43,021 bases of DNA from Prevotella sp. (GTDB lineage: Bacteria > Bacteroidota > Bacteroidia > Bacteroidales > Dysgonomonadaceae), in NCBI GenBank assembly GCA_031285625.1, contig JAITVV010000016.1, positions 1-43,021 of the forward strand, written 5' to 3'. The position numbers and the translations under genes are program-made. The notes under the pieces are model-generated. The model was not told the DNA's origin. It worked only from the letters and a program-made list of their open reading frames with translations, and did no database searches. Of the stretch, positions 20,242 through 29,868 are shown one piece after another; the stretch's first letter is position 1, and each line of letters starts with the position of its first letter.

Positions 20242-22083
20242 TCAGAACTGCTGCATATCACATAACTTCCTGTAATAGCCATTCAGTTCAAACAGTTCGT
20301 CGTGGCGTCCGCGTTCAACGATTTCACCTTCGTGCATCACACATATTTCGTCCGCATTCTTTATTGTCGACAAGCGGTGAGCGATAACGAGCGTAGTGCG
20401 GTTCTGCATCAGTTTCTCTAATGCATCCTGCACCAGCCGTTCCGATTCGGTATCGAGCGCTGAGGTAGCCTCATCCAGTATCAGTATTTGCGGATTCTTC
20501 AATATAGCGCGTGCAATGCTGATACGCTGACGTTGTCCGCCTGACAGTTTACTTCCGCGGTCACCTATATTGGTATCATATCCTTCTTCGGTAGCGATGA
20601 TAAAATCATGAGCATTGGCCACTTTTGCTGCTTCAATCACTTTTTCAGGTGTAGCGTCTTCCACTCCAAAGGCAATGTTGTTATAGAATGTATCGTTGAA
20701 AAGGATAGCTTCCTGATTCACATTTCCCATCAGCGAGCGCAGGTCATGCACACTAGCATCTTTGATGTTGGTTTCGTCTATATAGATACCCCCTTCGTTC
20801 ACATCGTAGAAACGTGGAAGGAGATCGGCCATCGTGGATTTTCCTGATCCTGACTGGCCTACAAGAGCCACTGTTTTCCCTTTGGGTATGGTAAGGCTTA
20901 CGTCTTTTATTACCCAATGGTTTTCATTATACCTGAACATTACATTTCTGTAACTGATAGACTTTTCGAATGGTACAGGCTTAGGATCAGCCGGACTTTT
21001 TATATTATTTTCTGCTTTGAGTATCTTATCTATACGTTCTACCGATGCCATGCCTTTTTGTATGGCGTATACCGACTTCGACAGGTCTTTTGCCGGATTG
21101 ATGATAAGGTAAAAGATGGTCAGGTAATATATAAATTTGGATGCATCCATTGATCCCGAGCCATCCAGGATGAGTGTTCCCCCAAACCAAAGCACGCATA
21201 CTACTGCCACTGTTCCCAGCATTTCGCTCATGGGGTGCGCCATTTGTTGGCGGCGGGCAATCTTATTCGACATATTCCTGAAAATATTGTTGGCTCCGTC
21301 AAAACGTGTCCGCATTTTATCTTCAGCATTGAATGCTTTTACGATGCGCAATCCACCCAGCGTTTCTTCTATCTGCGATACTAATCCTCCCCATTGGTTC
21401 TGAGCTTCTACAGACTTACGTTTAAGACTTTTGCCTACCTTACCCATCACATATCCGGCTATGGGTAACAGTACAAGTACAAATATGGTGAGTTCCCAAC
21501 TGATAAAAATCATTGTTCCCAGATATACGAGTATCATAATGGGGTTTTTGGTGACCATGTCGAGCGAACTCATAACCGAGTTTTCGACTTCATTAACGTC
21601 ACCTGTCATACGTGCTATGATATCCCCTTTGCGTTCGCTGGAAAAGAAGCCTAATGGAAGAGCCAGTATTTTATCATTGATTTGTTTACGGATATCTCTT
21701 ACCACTCCGGTACGGACATCTACTATAAAGTAGCTGCTGAGGTAAGTAGCTCCTGTTTTCAATAATGTCATCGATACCAGCACCAACCCAAGCCCAAGCA
21801 ATACCATTCCTCCGGAATAGACGCCCATCATATCGGAGAGGTATGCATAGAAATTATTTTCGATAACTTTAAAGTCGAGCATGCTGCCAATACTGGATGT
21901 ATCATACGGCATATATTCGTAAACGGTCTGATCTACTTTGAAAAGCAAGCGTAGTATAGGTACTATCAATGCAAAAGAAAATACATTGAGGATAGCGCTG
22001 AGTATATTAAATATTAGGTTAAGTACGACCTGCCTTTTGTATGGCGACACAAAACGTTTGATCAGCGTGATAAAGTCTTTCAT
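20242..22083 (-). CDS. ABC transporter permease/ATPase, MsbA-like
   Basis: TMD-NBD fusion; GQSGSGKST, LSGGQRQR, ILDEATSALD, IAHRLSTI. Confidence 0.93.
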   Translation of the reverse strand: MKDFITLIKRFVSPYKRQVVLNLIFNILSAILNVFSFALIVPILRLLFKVDQTVYEYMPYDTSSIGSMLDFKVIENNFYAYLSDMMGVYSGGMVLLGLGLVLVSMTLLKTGATYLSSYFIVDVRTGVVRDIRKQINDKILALPLGFFSSERKGDIIARMTGDVNEVENSVMSSLDMVTKNPIMILVYLGTMIFISWELTIFVLVLLPIAGYVMGKVGKSLKRKSVEAQNQWGGLVSQIEETLGGLRIVKAFNAEDKMRTRFDGANNIFRNMSNKIARRQQMAHPMSEMLGTVAVVCVLWFGGTLILDGSGSMDASKFIYYLTIFYLIINPAKDLSKSVYAIQKGMASVERIDKILKAENNIKSPADPKPVPFEKSISYRNVMFRYNENHWVIKDVSLTIPKGKTVALVGQSGSGKSTMADLLPRFYDVNEGGIYIDETNIKDASVHDLRSLMGNVNQEAILFNDTFYNNIAFGVEDATPEKVIEAAKVANAHDFIIATEEGYDTNIGDRGSKLSGGQRQRISIARAILKNPQILILDEATSALDTESERLVQDALEKLMQNRTTLVIAHRLSTIKNADEICVMHEGEIVERGRHDELFELNGYYRKLCDMQQF

Positions 22084-22239
22084 CTGAAAGTTTTTGGGTG
22101 ATAAAATACCCCATATTTATCGATAGGGTGAAAACGGACGCAAGTTAGCTATAATTCTTTATTTTAAGAAAAGCTTCCTGCTATTTTGAATTTCGATAAG
22201 GGATATTTAAAGGAAACTAACAAATAAAAGGAGATAGTC

Positions 22240-22623
22240 TTATTGTAATCTTTTATAATCTATCCAACCCACATATTCATCCATCCATCCGTCATACCCA
22301 TCTACAGAAAGGGTATCGTTGTGCAGCTTATATAAATTCCGTGCAAACTCGGACATATCGTTGAAAAAGACAATTTCGGTTTTGGTGAGTTTATATTCTT
22401 CCCAATAACCTGCTCTATATGACTGAGTGTCTCTTTCGTATCTTTTGTAGGTTACAATACTATCTCCATAATTAACAATTATCGAATCATTCTGATAAAC
22501 CCGGTACCATTGCCCTCTGAGCGGGTTATAGTTAAGAAATTCAGTTTTTGGATCGTCGTCGTCACTTGAACAGCCGATGAGTATGGCTGCGAGCATTACA
22601 AGTATTATCTTTTTCATAATCAC
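22240..22623 (-). CDS. Hypothetical lipoprotein (lipocalin-like)
   Basis: Lipobox LIGC then SSDDDD; LRGQW motif; TATCTTTG box at 22640-22647; start may be ATG 22617. Confidence 0.75.
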   Translation of the reverse strand: MIMKKIILVMLAAILIGCSSDDDDPKTEFLNYNPLRGQWYRVYQNDSIIVNYGDSIVTYKRYERDTQSYRAGYWEEYKLTKTEIVFFNDMSEFARNLYKLHNDTLSVDGYDGWMDEYVGWIDYKRLQ

Positions 22624-22699
22624 GTTGTTTTAGGCATAACAAAGATATCAAAAAAAGAGCCTAACATGATAAGATTTGGAATATTTGTATATAAAATGA

Positions 22700-22740
22700 A
22701 GAGACAATCTCCAGAAATATATTCTCTAAAGATTGTCTCT
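22700..22740 (-). terminator. Hairpin terminator downstream of the 89-aa gene
   Basis: AGAGACAATCT...AGATTGTCTCT 11-bp inverted repeat. Confidence 0.6.
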
Positions 22741-22882
22741 ATAAAACTGTTATTATATCCATCCTTTTCAGCTATTCAATTAAACCATAATATGATAATC
22801 AATAACCACTAAGTTGGTAATACCTGACCGGATTAATAACAGTTTATTTAAACTTATTAAACCTAAAAAACGTCAAACATAT

Positions 22883-23152
22883 CTATTTTTTATCTTTTGA
22901 ATCTTTCGGCATGTCCCTGGTACTCTTTTGGTTGCCCGAGTGAGAAGACATTTTGCTCATTGTATCATTCTTAGATTCCATACGGCTATGAGAGCCTTTT
23001 GAGTCTTTTTCGGCGTGAGTTCCGCGACTGCCGCTGTTTGAAGGTTGGGACTTATCCTTATCATTATGTTCCGATGTAAATTTTCCATGAGAATCTCTTG
23101 ATTCATTTTGTGCATGTTCACTCTTTGAATCATGTGCATTGTTACTTTTCAT
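22883..23152 (-). CDS. Small hydrophilic, probably disordered protein (stress-protein-like)
   Basis: 89 aa rich in S/K/D/H; RDSHGKFTS motif; A-rich initiation region. Confidence 0.65.
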   Translation of the reverse strand: MKSNNAHDSKSEHAQNESRDSHGKFTSEHNDKDKSQPSNSGSRGTHAEKDSKGSHSRMESKNDTMSKMSSHSGNQKSTRDMPKDSKDKK

Positions 23153-23421
23153 GATCGTTAATTTTTTTAATTTATACTAATAATAATGATAGAATAACCG
23201 GGCCCAATCATTTTATCTTCCGCAAGCTATATTTTTATGAATAAAATATACCGCTTGTGATATAATATACTAACAAGCTCACAATCAATTAGTTCTTTAA
23301 CAATTAGAAATTGTAAGCTTTTTTAAGCTATTTTGGTAGAAAGAGGCTCATTAAAAGGATAACTTTACACTTTTTTTCTTAATTAACAGATTACCTGACA
23401 GATATAAACAACAATTATACC

Positions 23422-23514
23422 ATGATCAGATTTGATAAAAAATTCAGCTTTGATATTTCAGGATGGAACGACATTGATATCATTATACACCCGGCTGTAG
23501 ATCAGAATGTATGA
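23422..23514 (+). CDS. Candidate 30-aa sORF MIRFDKKFSFDISGWNDIDIIIHPAVDQNV
   Basis: Translated by hand; A-rich upstream with A at -3; ends 3 nt from the convergent stop. Confidence 0.3.
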   Translation: MIRFDKKFSFDISGWNDIDIIIHPAVDQNV

Positions 23515-23517
23515 AAT

Positions 23518-23925
23518 CTATAAGATTACTTTCAGTTCCTTTCCGGTAAGATCGAAATATAGATTTTGAAAATGATGTAAAAATTCTATCGGCATACTGC
23601 ATTTACCCTTCGATTCGCTGCTGAGATAGAACTTATCAGCTTCATGTAATAGATATATGTGTGGTATATCAGTATTATCTGTATCGAAGATAATACAACT
23701 GTCGGAATGTTTTGTACCTCCCGACCGGGATAATATGTCTGTAGATAAAGGAATGGGAGCTATCTCATTATATTTGTCAGTACCCATCGAGGTTTCCACA
23801 TATGCACTTCTCACCTCTGTGATCTCCGTATAAGGCAAAGTCGGGGTATGATAGCCTATTGGCAGATGTACAAGGCGTCTGACCACATTTCCCTTTCTTA
23901 ATTCTTTACTATCCATCATAATCAT
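23518..23925 (-). CDS. Hypothetical protein
   Basis: 135 aa; ELRKGN start, PIPLS..IL and HHFQNLYFDLTGKEL end resemble a family I associate with Bacteroidetes phages (unverified). Confidence 0.75.
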   Translation of the reverse strand: MIMMDSKELRKGNVVRRLVHLPIGYHTPTLPYTEITEVRSAYVETSMGTDKYNEIAPIPLSTDILSRSGGTKHSDSCIIFDTDNTDIPHIYLLHEADKFYLSSESKGKCSMPIEFLHHFQNLYFDLTGKELKVIL

Positions 23926-24091
23926 CTCTATTTACCTATATCAAACGCATAGCAAATCTTTTTTGTTTATGATATTTATATATATAATCTTAAGATTTCT
24001 TTATTAACATATTGTTAATAAACTTCTTACCATATTTTACTGTTCATTATTTACAGTCAACAGGATAATTCACTTCTAAAGATGAAACAAA

Positions 24092-24262
24092 ATGAATAAT
24101 GAAAAAGAAAAGCCGGATACCCCTAAGAAGGCTCCGGACGAAGTAGGAGAAAGAGGTGTAAAAGATGTACCTGAAATAACAGAACATGAATTACCCGATG
24201 AGCTTCATAAAGAAACAGACCCGGATAGAGGTACTGAAAAGATACAGGATTCAATAAAATGA
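24092..24262 (+). CDS. 56-aa acidic sORF below the ORF-track cutoff
   Basis: MNNEKEKPDTPKKAPDEVGERGVKDVPEITEHELPDELHKETDPDRGTEKIQDSIK; A-rich start context; coding-like composition within AT-rich flanks. Confidence 0.6.
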   Translation: MNNEKEKPDTPKKAPDEVGERGVKDVPEITEHELPDELHKETDPDRGTEKIQDSIK

Positions 24263-24395
24263 ATCCTGTTTTCATTATAATCTTTTACTATTGTAGTTTT
24301 TTAGTTATCATTAGCGAAGAAGAACAGAACGAAATAAATTTTGATTTATTCTCCTGAAATAATTAATTTGCAGTATTAATAATTAAAATACAGAT

Positions 24396-24851
24396 ATGGT
24401 ACATTTAGTATATTGTGACGACAAAGAAAAAGTGCTGGAAAAAATTCTCAACGGAGAAAAGACCATGATAGTAAGAGGAGCCGCAGGCCGGAAAATACCA
24501 CATAGCAGGGTATTCGAAGGTGAGGTGCTTTATTTCATGAAAAAGGGGTCTAAAAAGATAACGGCAAAAGCAGTGGTGTCTGATGTGCAAAATCCGGTGA
24601 AACTTACTGCAGAAGAAATAATACAAACTTTAGAGAAGAACCAATCCCGGCTAAACCTGTCGGATAAGCAGAAAGAACGCTGGCATAAGAAATGCCTTTG
24701 CCTAGTCGGATTTAAGGATGTGAAAGAAATCGAACCGCTCGATTTTGACCATCAGGGAAATATGGACGACTGGTTGATTATCGACAAAATAGAGGATGTA
24801 ATTGTTGGTACAAGCATACCATACAATTACGATAACAGCAGATTTAAATAA
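24396..24851 (+). CDS. ASCH/PUA-like domain protein
   Basis: ILNGEKTMIVR resembles the ASCH GxKxxExR motif, followed by GEVLYF. Confidence 0.75.
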   Translation: MVHLVYCDDKEKVLEKILNGEKTMIVRGAAGRKIPHSRVFEGEVLYFMKKGSKKITAKAVVSDVQNPVKLTAEEIIQTLEKNQSRLNLSDKQKERWHKKCLCLVGFKDVKEIEPLDFDHQGNMDDWLIIDKIEDVIVGTSIPYNYDNSRFK

Positions 24852-25449
24852 TGCCTATCAGTAGTTAAATTATATGTTCTATTTTTCTATGTATAACAAA
24901 TTTCTTCTTTTTGATTTTTTGTAGTAGTTCATTCTGCCGCGCCCTCCCGGGCTTGTCCTCCCTTTTGGCATTGCCCAAAAGGAAGCAAAAGTCTAGTGCT
25001 TCGTTCCCCGGCGACCTGTCAACGGCTTGTAGGCTGAAAGGGATAAACGGGCTGCGCCCCATCCCTTTCCACGCCGACTGTGCCGGACAGGGGCCCGCCT
25101 TGAGAACATATGCACGGAACCGCAATGCGATGACAAGACAGAGGCTTTCCTGTTATTCTTGTCGTGCTTTAGCCAGCGCCATTTACTTCAGGTACGGGGT
25201 ACCCGTACCGGCGTGAAACGAAAACGTGTTTGAGCTAAACAGAAGAATAAAGTCTATACACTTCCAGCGAGTTTTTTCGTTTAGTCGTTCCGGTACGTTA
25301 ACGGGTCGTACATTGAAGTGAGGCGCAAGAGCATTTTCGGTTCCTTTTGGGGCTTAGGCCAAAAGGGACACAAGCAATCTGCGATTGCGCGTAGTATAAT
25401 TTAATGGAACATATTAAATAACAGTTTCAAATACTGATTCGCATTAATA
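24849..25449. mobile_element. About 600-bp non-coding, highly structured repeat element (copy A)
   Basis: Imperfect 18-bp terminal IRs (15/18); mutually inverted hairpin arms 24951-24990 and 25334-25375; long internal stems; homologous to 39225-39533. Confidence 0.7.
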
Positions 25450-25504
25450 TATTAATCCTTATTTAAAAAGCGTCCAAAAACATACAATTAGTTCATAAAT
25501 TGTT

Positions 25505-25512
25505 TATTTTTG
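25505..25512 (+). promoter_or_regulatory. -7 box TATTTTTG for thrS
   Basis: TAnnTTTG match about 60 nt upstream of the ATG. Confidence 0.6.
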
Positions 25513-25571
25513 CAAGTTCTGAAAAGCAGCTTATTTGTAGGAGCTGCATAATTAAATAGATTTAAAAAATT

Positions 25572-27524
25572 ATGATTAAAATTACATTTCCGGATGGTTC
25601 CGTAAGAGAATTTGAAAAAGGAACCTCATCTATGCAGATTGCCGAGAGCATCAGTTCCCGTCTGGCGCAGGAAGTCCTTGCCGCCAAGGTAAACGGGGAG
25701 GTTTGGGACTTAACAAGACCAATAGATACCGATGCTACGATCGAGCTTCTCAAATGGGAAGATGAAGATGGTAAGCATGCCTACTGGCATTCATCAGCTC
25801 ACCTTATGGCAGAAGCTGTGCAGATACTCTATCCGCATGCTAAATTTGGGATAGGGCCGGCAATCGAAAATGGGTTTTATTATGATATAGATTTTGGCGA
25901 CACACCTGTCAAAGATGCTGACTTCCCTAAGATCGAAGCTAAAATGATGGAGCTGATTGCCAATAAGGAAGAAATAAAACGCCAGAGCATATCTAAAGCA
26001 GATGCCATCAAAATGTTTGATAACCGCGGAGAAGGTTATAAGGTAGAACTTATCAACGACCTTGCCGATGGCACTATCACTACATATACACAGGGAGTAT
26101 TTACCGACCTGTGCCGTGGTCCCCACTTGCCTAATACATCGTACATCAAGGCAGTGAAGATACTGAGCGCTGCGGGTGCTTACTGGCGCGGCGACGAAAA
26201 GCGCAAGCAGCTTACACGCCTCTACGGTATCACTTTCCCTAAAAAGAAAATGCTGGATGAGTATCTGGTAATGCTCGAAGAGGCTAAGAAACGCGATCAC
26301 CGCAAGATAGGTAAAGAACTGGAACTGTTTGCTTTCTCCGAAAATGTGGGTAAAGGGCTTCCGTTGTGGTTGCCACGTGGTACACAATTGCGTCTGAAAC
26401 TCGAAGACTTCCTGAAAAAGATACAGAAGAAATTTGAGTACCAACAGGTGATGACTCCGCATATAGGTAGTAAATTATTGTATGTGACTTCAGGTCACTA
26501 TGCCAAATACGGTCAGGATTCATTCCAGCCGATACATACTCCTGAAGAAGGAGAAGAGTTCCTGCTGAAACCGATGAACTGCCCTCACCACTGCGAAATA
26601 TACAAGGTGGTGCCGCGTTCATACAGGGATTTGCCTTTGCGTATGGCAGAGTTCGGTACAGTATACCGTTACGAGCAGAGCGGAGAGCTTCACGGGTTGA
26701 CACGTGTACGCGGGTTTACTCAGGATGATGCGCATATTTTCTGTACTCCGGAGCAGTTGAAAGAAGAATTCCTGAAAGTGATGGATATAGTGTTTATCAT
26801 CTTCAAGGCACTCGATTTCGAAAACTTCGAAGCTCAGATTTCATTGCGTGACCCTGAAAATAAAGAAAAATATATCGGTAGCGACGAAAACTGGGAAAAG
26901 GCAGAACGCGCCATTATAGAAGCCTGCGAAGAAAAGGGATTACCTGCCAAGGTAGAACTTGGCGAAGCGGCTTTCTACGGTCCTAAGCTCGACTTTATGG
27001 TAAAAGATGCTCTTGGACGCCGCTGGCAGTTAGGAACAATACAGGTAGATTATAACTTGCCTGAGCGTTTCGAACTGGAATATACAGGTGCTGATAATCA
27101 GAAACACCGTCCGGTGATGATTCACCGTGCGCCATTCGGTTCTATGGAACGTTTCATTGCTGTATTGATAGAGCATACAGCCGGAAAATTCCCGTTGTGG
27201 CTTGCCCCTGACCAGGTAGTTATACTCCCTATCAGCGAGAAGTTCAACGACTATGCTTACCGTGTATCGGGTTACTTTAAGCAGCAGGGTATCAGTTCGC
27301 AGGTGGACGATCGTAATGAAAAGATAGGGCGTAAGATTCGCGATAACGAGTTGAAGCGTATCCCTTATCTGCTTATCGTTGGCGAAAAAGAAGCCGAAAC
27401 CGGAGAAGTATCGGTGCGCAAACAAGGCGAAGGCGATAAAGGCTCTATGAAGTTTACCAATTTTGCTGCCCAGCTGAATGAAGAAATGGAAAAAATGATG
27501 AATGCCTGGGAGCACGAAGGATAA
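25572..27524 (+). CDS. thrS: Threonine--tRNA ligase
   Basis: TGS domain, [39 protein letters not shown]. Confidence 0.99.
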   Translation: MIKITFPDGSVREFEKGTSSMQIAESISSRLAQEVLAAKVNGEVWDLTRPIDTDATIELLKWEDEDGKHAYWHSSAHLMAEAVQILYPHAKFGIGPAIENGFYYDIDFGDTPVKDADFPKIEAKMMELIANKEEIKRQSISKADAIKMFDNRGEGYKVELINDLADGTITTYTQGVFTDLCRGPHLPNTSYIKAVKILSAAGAYWRGDEKRKQLTRLYGITFPKKKMLDEYLVMLEEAKKRDHRKIGKELELFAFSENVGKGLPLWLPRGTQLRLKLEDFLKKIQKKFEYQQVMTPHIGSKLLYVTSGHYAKYGQDSFQPIHTPEEGEEFLLKPMNCPHHCEIYKVVPRSYRDLPLRMAEFGTVYRYEQSGELHGLTRVRGFTQDDAHIFCTPEQLKEEFLKVMDIVFIIFKALDFENFEAQISLRDPENKEKYIGSDENWEKAERAIIEACEEKGLPAKVELGEAAFYGPKLDFMVKDALGRRWQLGTIQVDYNLPERFELEYTGADNQKHRPVMIHRAPFGSMERFIAVLIEHTAGKFPLWLAPDQVVILPISEKFNDYAYRVSGYFKQQGISSQVDDRNEKIGRKIRDNELKRIPYLLIVGEKEAETGEVSVRKQGEGDKGSMKFTNFAAQLNEEMEKMMNAWEHEG

Positions 27525-27733
27525 TAATTTTTTGAAAAAAATAACGTAACTCAAATTATTGTTTATAGATTTTGCAATTTATAAATAGTAGTTTGAGTTC
27601 GTTTATTTTACATATTTATGTGATTATTCACAGTACAGCTAAACCTTTTTCTCGAAAAGAAGTCAATACTATATATAAACTAGAAGTTATCATTAATTAT
27701 TTTTATTTTCAGACCATTATTAAATATCGTGTA

Positions 27734-27762
27734 TGTAGGGGCAGGCAAACCCTGCCCCTACA
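27734..27762. repeat. GTAG-tagged perfect palindrome (REP-like)
   Basis: TGTAGGGGCAGG-CAAAC-CCTGCCCCTACA, 12-bp GC-rich stem in AT-rich DNA. Confidence 0.65.
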
Positions 27763-27855
27763 GTACCCCAAAAAGTAATTCATTAAAAATCAATATTATA
27801 TTAATCTATTCTATATAAATCCTTTTGTGTATAAATTTTTAAAAATAACATCACT

Positions 27856-28425
27856 ATGAAAAAAAATGTATTAGTCACATTTGTTTTTTTACTTATTTCA
27901 TTATCGTCTTTTTCGCAACAATTTGCGTTAACTCCCGAAGGGCTGAGAGATGCAGCCGATACATCAAAAGATTTCTTGGTTATCCCCGTTGATGGGAAGT
28001 CAGCATCAGACCTTTATACTGTATCTAAACGGTATATAAATGAAAAAATGAAAAATCCAAAATTTGCCATCAAAGCTGATTCGGATGGAGAGTACCTGAG
28101 GTATAGTCTTTATGTTCCAACAATATTCAGTTTCACTAAAATGCTGGTTAGCCTTAAAGTAAATGCTAATTATCAAATAGAGATGAGATTTCGTGACGGA
28201 CGTATCAGGTATAATATCGCAGGCCTGGACTTAGCTTTCGAAGAAGGTGGTAACGAATTTTATATTGCTGCCAGCAAGATGAAAGGTTGGGCTATTTTCG
28301 ATAATAATGGTAAACTCCTGATGAAGAATGAAAAACAAAAACTTGAAGATTATTTCAATAATGAAGTGAAAATGTATGTTGACTTTATAAATTCGGATGG
28401 AGGAAATGTAAATGACAACTGGTAA
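27856..28425 (+). CDS. Secreted hypothetical protein (DUF4468-like)
   Basis: Signal peptide; GKSASDLY and FRDGRIRY motifs. Confidence 0.75.
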   Translation: MKKNVLVTFVFLLISLSSFSQQFALTPEGLRDAADTSKDFLVIPVDGKSASDLYTVSKRYINEKMKNPKFAIKADSDGEYLRYSLYVPTIFSFTKMLVSLKVNANYQIEMRFRDGRIRYNIAGLDLAFEEGGNEFYIAASKMKGWAIFDNNGKLLMKNEKQKLEDYFNNEVKMYVDFINSDGGNVNDNW

Positions 28426-28436
28426 ATAAAATAGGA

Positions 28437-28484
28437 GTTCCGTCCTAAAATAGGTTGACACAAAAACTTATTTCAGGGCGGGAC
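28437..28484. terminator. Hairpin between convergent genes
   Basis: GTTCCGTCCTAAAATAGG...CTTATTTCAGGGCGGGAC imperfect stem. Confidence 0.55.
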
Positions 28485-28514
28485 AACAATATAAAAGAAC
28501 CGGTTATATCTATT

Positions 28515-29261
28515 CTACACCCCCAACCGGAAATCAGCGACACTCTTACTATCCAGAGCAAGTTCTTCGAATGTGCTTACAGTTCCCTTCCCCACAGGGC
28601 ACTGGGTGCTGATGCCCAACCAAAGCTGCGTAGGGTAATTATTTTCATACAGGCGTACCATTTGCCAGTTTTTATTATCTAGCGAATAGTAGCTTGCAAT
28701 AGTCTGGGTATCTGACGAAATCTTCATATACACATATGGCTGTGTCACGATATCGTGATTGTTATCGTCAGATGTCTTGATAGTCCGCACTGACACAATC
28801 CGGTGTTTTTCGCGTTCATCCTGTTCATAACACAGCTTTTGGAAGAAGCTGTCATTCACATAGATATAAAGCACTCCCGCATTATAAACATCATTGCCTG
28901 AAAAATCAGGGGTAACCTTTGCCGTGAAGGTGAACGGTTTTGAATTATCCACCTGTGTTAACAAAATAGGTGCTGTAGTGTTTGATAACTTCCCATTTGG
29001 ATCGCTAAAATAATCTGTTTTCTCTCCGGCTTTGAATACGACCTTATTATTTTCAGCTATTTCTACCGAAGCAGCAGCATTATTGACCGATTTGGTGAAA
29101 TGTATCCCTCCGATGGTAAGGTCGCACGGGCTGCCACTGATGCGGGCAGTGTTTTCTGATACTTCTTTTGAAGCTGCTTCTTTAACAGTCTCTTTATTTC
29201 CACAATTACTAAATGAGAATGCCAGCATAACGGCGCAAACTACAAATACTACTTTTTTCAT
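28515..29261 (-). CDS. DUF1349-like (concanavalin A fold) lipoprotein
   Basis: Lipobox FSNC; KTDYF, APILL, YNAGVL, KLCYE, SVRT...SDD, WQMVRLY, QCPVG. Confidence 0.8.
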   Translation of the reverse strand: MKKVVFVVCAVMLAFSFSNCGNKETVKEAASKEVSENTARISGSPCDLTIGGIHFTKSVNNAAASVEIAENNKVVFKAGEKTDYFSDPNGKLSNTTAPILLTQVDNSKPFTFTAKVTPDFSGNDVYNAGVLYIYVNDSFFQKLCYEQDEREKHRIVSVRTIKTSDDNNHDIVTQPYVYMKISSDTQTIASYYSLDNKNWQMVRLYENNYPTQLWLGISTQCPVGKGTVSTFEELALDSKSVADFRLGV

Positions 29262-29433
29262 TCTAATTAATTTTTCAGATACAACATTGCCTCTAAAATA
29301 ATTGATTATAAATTAAATATAGAATAAATATCATTTTTTTCTTTTTTTCTTAAAATATTTTTCTTCCTCAGTAGTCTATATAAATAGAGAGCTCTTTATA
29401 AAAACAGATTATAAAATTAAAAACAAAAAAATT

Positions 29434-29736
29434 ATGATAACAAGAGATTTTGGAATGGGATTCTCCGGAAGAAACCCTTTCGACAAAGATGCAAGAAAAA
29501 ATTTTAAAGAAGAGTGGTCTAAAATGACCGATAGCGAAAAATTAGAATTCATGAACAAAAGGATGGAAGGTTTCGATAAGCATGAAGATCATTTTTCAGT
29601 AGAAGCAATGGATGCCCGTTGCGAAAAATGGATGCAAATGTCGAACGAAGAAAAACAGGCTTTTGTGGAAGAAAAGAAAAAAGCTTTCGAAAGCAGAATG
29701 CACGGAATGCATAGATTTTTTGGTTTCGGACACTAA
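29434..29736 (+). CDS. Small helical protein with two W-x-x-M-[ST]-x-x-EK-x-x-F repeats
   Basis: WSKMTDSEKLEF and WMQMSNEEKQAF; A-rich start context. Confidence 0.75.
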   Translation: MITRDFGMGFSGRNPFDKDARKNFKEEWSKMTDSEKLEFMNKRMEGFDKHEDHFSVEAMDARCEKWMQMSNEEKQAFVEEKKKAFESRMHGMHRFFGFGH

Positions 29737-29799
29737 TTACAACATAGCATCACATTGGTACTGGCTCATACATAAATAATAAGTAAGGGTAAGTTGAAA

Positions 29800-29833
29800 A
29801 TAAGCGGATATCAAATGAATGATATCCGCTTAT
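29800..29833. terminator. Bidirectional hairpin terminator
   Basis: ATAAGCGGATATCA...TGATATCCGCTTAT inverted repeat between convergent genes. Confidence 0.7.
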
Positions 29834-29868
29834 CCTTTCAGTAGATTGTTTTGCTTTTAGTATATGTA

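Noticed and set aside
24865-25216. ORFs 24865-25125 (-) and 24911-25216 (+)
   Set aside because: Lie inside the GC-rich palindromic element, non-ATG starts, no protein-like features; likely by-products of GC content
27572-27778. 68-aa ORF after thrS
   Set aside because: TTG start, AT-rich intergenic composition, runs through the REP-like palindrome
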